From the NCBI GenBank assembly GCA_016872385.1, contig VGZV01000002.1, forward strand, positions 12,106 through 76,105: a stretch of DNA of 64,000 nt. Reading direction: 5' to 3'. Positions within the stretch are counted from its first letter, which is position 1, and each line of letters opens with the position of its first letter. Of the stretch, positions 1 through 7,522 are shown piece after piece. The notes under the pieces are model-generated. The model saw only the letters and a program-made list of their open reading frames with translations, was not told where the DNA came from and searched no databases. The stretch comes from SAR202 cluster bacterium. GTDB lineage: Bacteria > Chloroflexota > Dehalococcoidia > Lucifugimonadales > UBA3495. A program made the position numbers and the translations under genes.

Positions 1-719
1 AAGCCCAGACCACCAAATTCGGGCCAAAGATTGAATACACAGAGGTAGAAGCGGTAGAGGACCTGGACAAGCCCGTAAAGATAGTTAAGACCTATGACCG
101 CAGCTACACCACCAAAACCATTATCATTGCCAGCGGCGGAGCGCACAACAAGCTGGGTGTCACTGGCGAAGACGCGTTCGCTGGCCGGGGAGTGTCTTAT
201 TGCGCGGTGTGCGACGGCAACTTCTTCCGCGGCCAGGACGTAATGGTGGTGGGCGGCGGCGACGCAGCCATGGACGAGGGTTACTACCTCAGCGGCATTG
301 TCAAGTCCGTCACGGTAGTGCACCGCCGGGATGAACTCCGGGCCACCAAGGTGCTGCAGGAAAGGGCCTTCAAAAGCCCCAAGTTCAAGTGGCTGCTCAG
401 CCACGTGGTGGAGGAATTCAAGGGCAACGAGGCCTTGGAAGTCGCCAGGGTCAAAGACCTGAAAACTGGGAAGATCTATGATTACCCCGCGGCGGCCGCC
501 TTCATCTACGTGGGCTTTCACCCCAACTCCGCCTTCCTCAAGGGCAAGGTGGACATGGACGCCTTGGGGCACATTCACACTGACCTGCACATGCGCACCA
601 AAATCCCCGGCGTTTATGCCTGCGGCGACGTGCGCGCCGAATCAACCCGGCAGTTGGGCGTGGCCGTGGGCGACGGCATCACCGCTGCCCTGGCGGCTTT
701 CCATTACTTGAGCACCTAG
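1..719 (+). CDS. trxB: thioredoxin-disulfide reductase, 5' end cut by window edge
   Basis: Frame 3 is open from the window edge (..IIIASGGAHNKLGVTGEDAFAGRGVSYCAVCDG..). Has the redox-active CAVC dithiol, VVGGGDAAMDEG NADPH-binding motif and YACGDV. TAG stop at 717-719 is followed by a hairpin terminator. Confidence 0.9.
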   Translation, partial: AQTTKFGPKIEYTEVEAVEDLDKPVKIVKTYDRSYTTKTIIIASGGAHNKLGVTGEDAFAGRGVSYCAVCDGNFFRGQDVMVVGGGDAAMDEGYYLSGIVKSVTVVHRRDELRATKVLQERAFKSPKFKWLLSHVVEEFKGNEALEVARVKDLKTGKIYDYPAAAAFIYVGFHPNSAFLKGKVDMDALGHIHTDLHMRTKIPGVYACGDVRAESTRQLGVAVGDGITAALAAFHYLST

Positions 720-744
720 ATATCGTACATCTCGTGGCTGTTGA

Positions 745-783
745 ACTGCCCTGCGGCAACGGACCGCAGGGCAGTCTTTTTTG
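745..783 (+). terminator. intrinsic terminator after trxB
   Basis: 12-bp perfect stem ACTGCCCTGCGG (745-756) / CCGCAGGGCAGT (764-775), 7-nt loop, then CTTTTTTG. Confidence 0.75.
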
Positions 784-916
784 CGGAAATCCCAGGAACC
801 AGTGACAAAACGCCGTTGCCAACTGCTTCAAACGACCCATACACTCCAACCAGGCCAGGGCAGCGCTGTGGGCCATTGGGCGCCACTGCCACACGGGAGA
901 AAAGCGAGGAGGCAAA

Positions 917-1297
917 TTGTCCATTAAGAACGCCATTACACGGTTCGATATGCCCACCGTCAACTTTGACCGGGCGGTAAAGTTTTACTCCAACATCCTG
1001 GGGGAAAACCTTCACGTCAGTGAGTTCATGGGGCAGAAGCTGGCCATCTTTCCCTGCGAGCAGTCCCAGGATTCGGTGAGCGGCTGCCTGGTGCCGCCAG
1101 GGCCAAACTGCAAAGTCTCCAGCGAAGGCACGCGAATCTACCTGAACTGCCAGGGCAAGCTGGATGCAGTGGCAAGCCGGGTGGAAAAGGCCGGGGGCGA
1201 GATTATGCAGCCCAAGTTCGCCATTGGCGAGCACGGGTACATTGTGATGATCCGGGACAGCGAAGGCAACACCGTTGGCCTGCACAGCGGCAGCTAG
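917..1297 (+). CDS. VOC/glyoxalase-bleomycin resistance family protein
   Basis: 126-aa ORF with TTG start preceded by a GAGGAGG Shine-Dalgarno at 906-912. The sequence (FDRAVKFYSNILG..., GYIVMIRDSEGNTVGL) fits the VOC beta-alpha-beta-beta-beta pattern. Confidence 0.7.
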   Translation: MSIKNAITRFDMPTVNFDRAVKFYSNILGENLHVSEFMGQKLAIFPCEQSQDSVSGCLVPPGPNCKVSSEGTRIYLNCQGKLDAVASRVEKAGGEIMQPKFAIGEHGYIVMIRDSEGNTVGLHSGS

Positions 1298-1392
1298 GGC
1301 CTGTCCTGAAAATTCGCCGCCGCGTACGTAGAGCCGCAGGAATCCAGACCCAACCTTCTCCGGCTGTTACACAGTCTCTGGACGGCACTTAG

Positions 1393-2157
1393 TTAAAACC
1401 GGCCTGCCAATTCCTTGGCCAGCAGCATCAGGCTGCCTGCGGCGCTGACTGCAATGGCAATATACCTGAAGACCCGCGCGTCTACACGGCGCACCAGCAG
1501 CGAGGACAGACCCATGCCCAGCGCCAGTCCCGGTAATAACAGGCCAATGTTGGTAAGAGTAGGCCGGTCCACCAGGCCCGCCCACAAATAGAAGCCAAAA
1601 GCGGCGGCATTGGCCAGCAGAAAATAGAAAGCCAGGGAGGCCCGCATGGCGGACGCAGGCCAGCCCTGGGCCATCACGTAAAATGCGGCCAGCGGCCCGC
1701 CAATGCTAAGTGTAGTTACGGAAAGCGAAGCCAGGAAGCCGAAGACCGGCCCGGCAAAGCGCCGCCGCGCCAGCGGCAGCCGGATGTTAAACAGGGCCAT
1801 TAAGCACAAGGCCAGTATGATGACGGCAATGGTGACCCGCAACAGCGTGGAGTTTGCGTTGCTGAGGGCCAGCACCCCCAAGGGCACCGCCGCCAGTCCC
1901 CCTGCCGCCATGCCACCCACGGCCCGCAGGTTTAAATGACGCCGGGTCTGGAACAGGACCAGGCACAGCAGCAAGCCAATAAGGGTGTTGGCAATCACCA
2001 CCGAAGGCTGGGGCTCCAGGAATAACAGCATCACTGGAGTGATAACCAACCCCATGCCAAAGCTGACCGTACCCATGACCGTGGCGCCCAGACACACCGC
2101 GGCTAGGACAATCACCAGCTCCAGTCCACTTAACACGCCGGGTTTCTCTGGTTGCAA
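1393..2157 (-). CDS. TSUP (TauE/SafE) family membrane transporter
   Basis: 254-aa, highly hydrophobic, about 7-8 predicted helices. Gly-rich helix motifs in both halves are typical of TauE/SafE permeases. Confidence 0.7.
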   Translation of the reverse strand: MQPEKPGVLSGLELVIVLAAVCLGATVMGTVSFGMGLVITPVMLLFLEPQPSVVIANTLIGLLLCLVLFQTRRHLNLRAVGGMAAGGLAAVPLGVLALSNANSTLLRVTIAVIILALCLMALFNIRLPLARRRFAGPVFGFLASLSVTTLSIGGPLAAFYVMAQGWPASAMRASLAFYFLLANAAAFGFYLWAGLVDRPTLTNIGLLLPGLALGMGLSSLLVRRVDARVFRYIAIAVSAAGSLMLLAKELAGRF

Positions 2158-2179
2158 TGGTTAGCTATTTGTAAATTGG

Positions 2180-3301
2180 TCAACTGCGGAACAATCCTTG
2201 TACCGCGGCCTGGCGCAGTACCGCTTCCACCTGCACCACCGGCGGCCCGTTGCGGCGCACTGCCACCGCCACCTGCTGCTGGGGCATCACGGAGAAGGCC
2301 CGTTCCCCATCCAGGGCCACAGTGCAATGCCTTCCTGCCGGCAACATCACGCTGGTGTCCTCAGGCACCAGCTCCCAGCTTTGAATTGGCACCCAACGGA
2401 CCGCGCCCGGGGCAATGGGGGCCAGCACAACCATCGCACCCTGGGCCGGTGGCGTGTCCCCAAGGCCGCGGCGCTGGCCTGAGCCACTTTCTCCAGTCTC
2501 ACTCAGAACGTAGTGGAGGCCTCCAGGATCGGCCAGAGACACAGGAGCCAAGCGCGCCCCCACCGAAGACAGGCCGATGCTGGCTGGCTCGGCACGGGTC
2601 AGGAAGACCTCATAGAGTGTTCCCAAATCCCAGATGGCTCGTGTGCCCACAAACCTTTCCCGGGAAAAAGCCACGTCCACCAGCGCCAGGTCCTTGTACT
2701 GGCCGTCCACCCAAATCTCCAGGGTCTTGCTGGTTATCAGGCCCTGGGATAAGTCCACCGACTTCTGGGCCACCAGCCCAGCGGCCAGCCCGGCCAAAGT
2801 CCCCTCCGTCATCACGGGAAAGACGTTGTTGGTGCCCGTGGAAATGGCCACCATGGGAATGCTGGCGCATCCTCTGGCTACTGCCCGGTTAGTGCCGTCG
2901 CCACCTAGAGTCACCAGGCAATCTACCGCCAGCTCGCCCATGCGCTGGGCCGCTTCCACGGTGTCTGCCTCGGAGTACCGGACAGGCATAGGCAGCACCT
3001 TGAGGTCCAAAGACAGTTCCGGGTCGTCGCGGGCACGCTCGGCCAGGTGGGCGCTGTCGGGCATGGCCACCACCTGCCCGATGCCGGTGGCTTGCAGCCC
3101 CAGGAGCACCCGCCGCAGAATGTTGACCTTCTCCCAGTCCGGCACCACCCGGCCCTGGGCCACCAGGCGGCGGATGTCCTTGCTGGATGCAGGGTTGGCT
3201 ATGATGCCCGCCAGTGCCAAAAGATCGTCGCTCCTGCCAGATTCGGCTGACGCTGTTGCTATAATGAGCGGGATTGTAGCCACGGCCAGGAACACCGTCA
3301 A
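2180..3301 (-). CDS. ATP-NAD kinase-like (NAD/diacylglycerol kinase fold) protein
   Basis: 373-aa ORF with the VTLGGDGTNRAV motif of the NAD-kinase/DAGK superfamily. The start is uncertain because it lies only 23 bp from the divergent amidase start. Confidence 0.6.
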   Translation of the reverse strand: MTVFLAVATIPLIIATASAESGRSDDLLALAGIIANPASSKDIRRLVAQGRVVPDWEKVNILRRVLLGLQATGIGQVVAMPDSAHLAERARDDPELSLDLKVLPMPVRYSEADTVEAAQRMGELAVDCLVTLGGDGTNRAVARGCASIPMVAISTGTNNVFPVMTEGTLAGLAAGLVAQKSVDLSQGLITSKTLEIWVDGQYKDLALVDVAFSRERFVGTRAIWDLGTLYEVFLTRAEPASIGLSSVGARLAPVSLADPGGLHYVLSETGESGSGQRRGLGDTPPAQGAMVVLAPIAPGAVRWVPIQSWELVPEDTSVMLPAGRHCTVALDGERAFSVMPQQQVAVAVRRNGPPVVQVEAVLRQAAVQGLFRS

Positions 3302-3324
3302 CTTTGGACTGAGCGGGGGACATC

Positions 3325-4740
3325 ATGAACACGGAACTGTGCTTTGCCTCGGCGGCAGAACTCCGGCCTTTAATTGATTCCCGGCAAGTCTCCATTGTGG
3401 AGTTGGTGGAGCTGTTTTACCAGCGAATTGAGGCGCTGAACCCCCGGCTGAACGCATATCTGGCCCTGTGTCCGGACCTGGCCCTGGCGGAGGCCCGCGC
3501 CGCCCAGAGGGAAACACAGAAGGGAAGGCGCAAAGGGCCATTACACGGCATACCCGTCTCGGTCAAAGACCTGGAAATGACCAGAGACATTCCAACCACC
3601 CTGGGGTCAGCGGTGTTCCGGGATAGGGTGCCCAGCATGGACTCGGTGGTAGTGGAGCGGCTGCGGCAGGCGGGAGCCATCCTCCTGGGCAAGACCAACA
3701 CCCCGGAACTGGGACTATCCGGCACCACGGAAAACCGGCTGGGCGGCCCGTGCCGGAACCCCTGGGACCCAGAACGGACGGCGGGAGGCTCCAGCGGCGG
3801 CGCGGCGGCGGCCTTGGCGGCGGGACTGTGCACCCTGGCCACGGGCAGCGACGGCGGCGGCTCCATACGCATACCGGCCAGCTTCAGCGGGGTGTTTGGC
3901 ATAAAGCCGTCCCAGGGCAGGGTGCCTCGCTACGGGGGCTACGGCCGCCCGTCCGCCAACCACTTTTCCCAGCCTGGCCCCATGTCCCGGGGCGTGGAAG
4001 ATACAGCGCTGTTGCTCCAAGTGCTGGCGGGACCGGACAGTCGCGACCCCGGATCCCTGCGGGATGCGCCGCCTGACTACCTGGCCGGCCTGAACGACGG
4101 CGTCGCCGGATGGCGCATTGCCTGGAGCGCCGACCTGGGTTATGCCCCGGTGGAGCAGGAAGTGGCCCAAGCGACCAGAGAAGCGGCCCAGGCATTTGCT
4201 GGCCTGGGCGCCGTGGTGGAAGAGGCAGGCCTGGTTATCGAAGACCCCTTTCCCGCCTTTTGGGACATTTTCGCCACCGCCGCCCACACTTCCTATGGTC
4301 AGCTATTCCAGCAGCACTGGGGGCAACTAACCGACTACGGGCAATATGCCCTAGAGCACGGCGCGTCGGTGAGCGGGGCAGACTACTCCCGCGCCTTGCT
4401 GCGGGTGGACCAACTGCGGCGTCAAATGGAGACCTTTTTTGACCGCTATGACCTGCTGCTGACGCCAACCATGGCGGTAACTGCCTTTTCCATCGAGCAG
4501 CGGCCCACAGTGATAGCAGGGAAGCCGGTGGAACCCTTCTGGGGTTACTTACCCTTCACGTTCCCCATCAACATGAGCGGACAGACCGCCTCCAGCGTGC
4601 CCTGCGGGTTCTCCAGCGCGGGGCTCCCCATTGGGCTGCACATCATCGGCCCCCGGGGTGCGGAAGCCAAAGTCCTGCGGGCCTCGGCAGCTTTTGAACA
4701 GGCGCGGCCCTGGCGGCATTTGCGCCCGCCGGTATCCTGA
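3325..4740 (+). CDS. amidase-signature family amidase (GatA-like)
   Basis: 471 aa with the amidase signature GGSSGGAAAALA ... GSDGGGSIRIPA. Confidence 0.85.
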   Translation: MNTELCFASAAELRPLIDSRQVSIVELVELFYQRIEALNPRLNAYLALCPDLALAEARAAQRETQKGRRKGPLHGIPVSVKDLEMTRDIPTTLGSAVFRDRVPSMDSVVVERLRQAGAILLGKTNTPELGLSGTTENRLGGPCRNPWDPERTAGGSSGGAAAALAAGLCTLATGSDGGGSIRIPASFSGVFGIKPSQGRVPRYGGYGRPSANHFSQPGPMSRGVEDTALLLQVLAGPDSRDPGSLRDAPPDYLAGLNDGVAGWRIAWSADLGYAPVEQEVAQATREAAQAFAGLGAVVEEAGLVIEDPFPAFWDIFATAAHTSYGQLFQQHWGQLTDYGQYALEHGASVSGADYSRALLRVDQLRRQMETFFDRYDLLLTPTMAVTAFSIEQRPTVIAGKPVEPFWGYLPFTFPINMSGQTASSVPCGFSSAGLPIGLHIIGPRGAEAKVLRASAAFEQARPWRHLRPPVS

Positions 4741-4744
4741 CGCA

Positions 4745-4790
4745 CCAAAAAGCATCGCCTCCGTCACAACGCATTGGCGACGGAGGCGAT
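4745..4790 (-). terminator. intrinsic terminator after cupin gene (hairpin between convergent genes)
   Basis: 12-bp stem ATCGCCTCCGTC (4754-4765) / GACGGAGGCGAT (4779-4790). On the minus strand the hairpin is followed by GCTTTTTGG. Confidence 0.55.
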
Positions 4791-4814
4791 TGGACGGCCA
4801 GGGTTCCTGGGAAT

Positions 4815-5186
4815 TTAAGAACCGGGAGCTGTGATGGTGATGTGGGACATATAGGAGTCCTTGGTGGCGCCGTGGACGTGCTTTTCCCCCGCGCGGATGT
4901 GCACCACGTCTCCCACGGTAATGCGCTCTTGCCGCCCACTTTCGTCAGACACAAAGCCAATGCCCGCCGTGACCACCAGGATCTGGTCGCTGGCGTGGGT
5001 GTGGACGCCGGTGGTGGCCCCCTTGCCAAAGTTCACCACGCTGGCGTTAAAGAACTTGGAGCCATTGGCGGGGATAATGGTCTGGCGGGTTCGCTTGACC
5101 TGGCCTCCCGTCCAGCCTTCAATGGGCGTAGCGGTTGCCACTGGCTCGTACTCGATCTCGCTAATCCGAATGACGCGCATGTCCAA
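4815..5186 (-). CDS. cupin domain protein
   Basis: 123 aa with cupin motifs GVHTHASDQILVV and GDVVHIRAGEKHVHG. Confidence 0.7.
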   Translation of the reverse strand: MDMRVIRISEIEYEPVATATPIEGWTGGQVKRTRQTIIPANGSKFFNASVVNFGKGATTGVHTHASDQILVVTAGIGFVSDESGRQERITVGDVVHIRAGEKHVHGATKDSYMSHITITAPGS

Positions 5187-5343
5187 CCCCCTCTAGATGA
5201 TGGTTGCCGGCCTCAACCCGAGATTGGAGTACGGCCAGCGGTGCCAGAATAGCATCTTTCATTCAGCGAGGAAATACCTGGCTGGACATGCCGGGCAGTC
5301 ACGGAAAGAAACCCACGTTGATTAATCCTCGCCATAGCCGCAG

Positions 5344-5401
5344 GAGCGCACCTGCGCATGGCCCAGCCTGCTCAGGGCAGACACGTGGGTCCGCCCCTAC
5401 C
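5344..5401. repeat. short intergenic repeat, family C (CGCACCTGCG ... CAGGGCAGACACG-GG-C-GCCCCTACC)
   Basis: A second copy with the same two-part structure lies at 63707-63775. The 29-nt core differs at only about 3 positions. Confidence 0.65.
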
Positions 5402-5441
5402 TTCCCCAGAACGAACAACCCTGGGCACAAACCCGCCGCCC

Positions 5442-5470
5442 TTGACGTAATTTTAAGACAATGCTAAAAA
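5442..5470 (+). promoter_or_regulatory. sigma70-type promoter candidate for the 5500 gene
   Basis: TTGACG (5442-5447), 17-nt spacer ending in TGc, then TAAAAA (5465-5470). Sits in a locally AT-rich stretch 30 nt upstream of the ATG. Confidence 0.4.
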
Positions 5471-5499
5471 AGGGGATAATTTTATGTTAAGGGTAAGCA

Positions 5500-6435
5500 A
5501 TGCTGCCACTGAGGTCAAAACTACGGCCCCTTTTACTAGTAGCTGCTGTCCTGACGGCCCTGGGCATAGGACAGGTTGGGCTATGGCACAATGACTCTCC
5601 GCAGCCGGGCTTGGAAGCGCCCCGCAACATCCGCCTGCAATTATCTGCCCAAGCCTGGGAGCTGGCCCAGCAGGAAAGCCTGGCCTTTCCCACCGAAACC
5701 GCCGGATTCTCGGTATTCCACCGCGTGCCCAGCAGCCAAGAATTTAAGAAGTCGTCGCTGGACGAAACACTATTGGGGAAAGCCAAGTCCAGCGTCCGGC
5801 GTGCCGGGCCCGCCAAACTGGTGGAAATTGGAGAAACCTACACCATCCTCTCCGTGCCCATTGTGAACATTGACGGCCAGACCAGCCCGGTCAACCTCTA
5901 TTACGACACCCAGGGTTGGATTGTGGCCTACCTGGACCAGGACGCTCCGGCCTCCCAGGCCTGGCAAGCCCGTGCGCTGAACACCCAGGTCCCGAAGCTG
6001 GAAAACATCGAGACCACCCTCCTGGACACCGTTAATGAGGTGCTGGTGGAAGCTCTGGCCCTGCCTGCCCTTCTTTCCCAAGAGGCAGGCTATTACCACT
6101 GGCAATACCCCAATGCCACCGGATTCCTCATGTTTGGCAGCGCCCTGGGAACTATCGCCAACGAACAGGTGGCGTTCGCTGTCCCGGATTCCTTTGACGT
6201 TTACGAAATATCCACGTCGCTCTGGGTCAGCGGCAGCGACGGCGCCTGCGGCGAAGTCACGCTGGATGGAGCGACGGCTATAGCAAAGCAGTGCAACCGC
6301 AGCTTTACACACCAGGCGTCCGACCTGACCAAGCTTTCTCCCCACGGCGCCCGCAACCTCAGCCTGGCCCAGACAGAGTCCAACAAAGGCGCCACGGGCG
6401 CACTGACAGCCCTGGTCTATTCCGCCAAGCAGTAA
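5500..6435 (+). CDS. hypothetical secreted protein
   Basis: 311-aa ORF with N-terminal signal-like segment MLPLRSKLRPLLLVAAVLTALGIG. No domain recognised. Its TAA stop overlaps the next ATG (TAATG at 6433-6437). Confidence 0.55.
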   Translation: MLPLRSKLRPLLLVAAVLTALGIGQVGLWHNDSPQPGLEAPRNIRLQLSAQAWELAQQESLAFPTETAGFSVFHRVPSSQEFKKSSLDETLLGKAKSSVRRAGPAKLVEIGETYTILSVPIVNIDGQTSPVNLYYDTQGWIVAYLDQDAPASQAWQARALNTQVPKLENIETTLLDTVNEVLVEALALPALLSQEAGYYHWQYPNATGFLMFGSALGTIANEQVAFAVPDSFDVYEISTSLWVSGSDGACGEVTLDGATAIAKQCNRSFTHQASDLTKLSPHGARNLSLAQTESNKGATGALTALVYSAKQ

Positions 6436-7292
6436 TGAGGACAGGGAGAAAGGTGAGGCTTCGCAGACACAGTCAACCCAGGGTCCTGCGGGTCTTGCTG
6501 GGGCTTGGTGCCTTGGTCCTGTGGCTGGCTTGTTTCTGGCTGCTGCCACTGCGGCCTGCCAGCAGCGCCTGGACGGGGCCACTGCGCTGGCCAGGGGCAA
6601 TTTCCCACAGCTAAATTGCGGTGTCCCACCCACCAGCACTGCGCCCGCTCGCCCTGCGGCCGATGACTGCGCCAGCTACAGGCTCAGGCGTAGCCTCGGA
6701 CCGCATAACTTTCGGTGACAAAACCGGCCAGGGTGTTCCGCAAGCCGCATTTGGTGATGGCGTGCCTCACCACGCCCCGGAACTCGCCGCTGCACGCACC
6801 AGCCTTACTACTCCCCAGGTGTTTGGCGGGGCGCTGACCGCAGGTGCAGAGCTGGCCGGGCCACAACTCACCACCGGCGCCAGCCCGCTGGCCGGGATAT
6901 TCTTAGCCAGTGGCGCAATTTCCTTCGGCGGGGAGTTGAGCGCCCAGCAGCCTCTGAAACAGGGGCAAGTGCAGGGACTGGTGCATCTGGGGGGCCTGAG
7001 CAGCGGACTGGGCGGTTACGTAACGGCAGGCGATGAGACCCATTTCCTGGGCGCCGACGGCAGTTTCAGTTTTCCCTGGCCCGGAGGCGTCCTGGACATT
7101 GGAATTCATGCGCCACGACACCTGTCGGTAATAGCGCCCGGCATTTCTGTTGCGCCCAACGAAGTGCTGACTATCCCGGAGCTGACCTTGCCCTTCGGCG
7201 ACGCCAATGGCGATGGTCGCATTGACATCCTGGACCTCAGCATTGCCGCCGCCAATTTTGGCAGCAAGACCGGCCCTCTACCCAAGCCCTGA
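6435..7292 (+). pseudogene. secreted dockerin-repeat protein interrupted by an in-frame TAA (6612-6614)
   Basis: An ATG coupled to the upstream stop opens a signal/TM segment (RVLRVLLGLGALVLWLACFWLL). A TAA follows, and the same frame continues for 226 codons to DANGDGRIDILDLSIAAANFG (dockerin-type repeat). No SD precedes the GTG at 6621 or the ATG at 6663. Confidence 0.45.
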
Positions 7293-7374
7293 ACTTGATA
7301 ACCTGGTTCTAACACCCGCCGCTAAGACGCGGAGACCGCCGGGCAATTACTGAGCCCAGCATGATTGCCTGACC

Positions 7375-7486
7375 CGCTCATGGTGAGTCTGTCGAACCAT
7401 GAGCCGGCATAGCCCCGTTCGCCCTTCGACAAGCTCAGGCGAGCGGATTAGTTGTCCAGCTCGCGGTGAGCTTGTCGAACCATGGC
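7375..7486. repeat. short repeat cluster, family A (GAGCTTGTCGAA / TTCGACAAGCTC units)
   Basis: Three units at 7382-7403, 7422-7446 (inverted) and 7466-7486. The same units recur at 11997-12059, 50225-50296 and 53810-53832. Confidence 0.7.
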
Positions 7487-7522
7487 GGGGAGTTTTTTAG
7501 GATGGACCCTTAGATTTCTGCC

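Noticed and set aside
3301-3325. A divergent intergenic region of only 23 bp between the NAD-kinase-like gene and the amidase gene, as a possible shared regulatory site.
   Set aside because: More likely the minus-strand start is mis-set, since the hydrophobic MTVFLAVATIPLII N-terminus is not typical of the family. No palindrome or operator-like sequence is visible in so short a gap.
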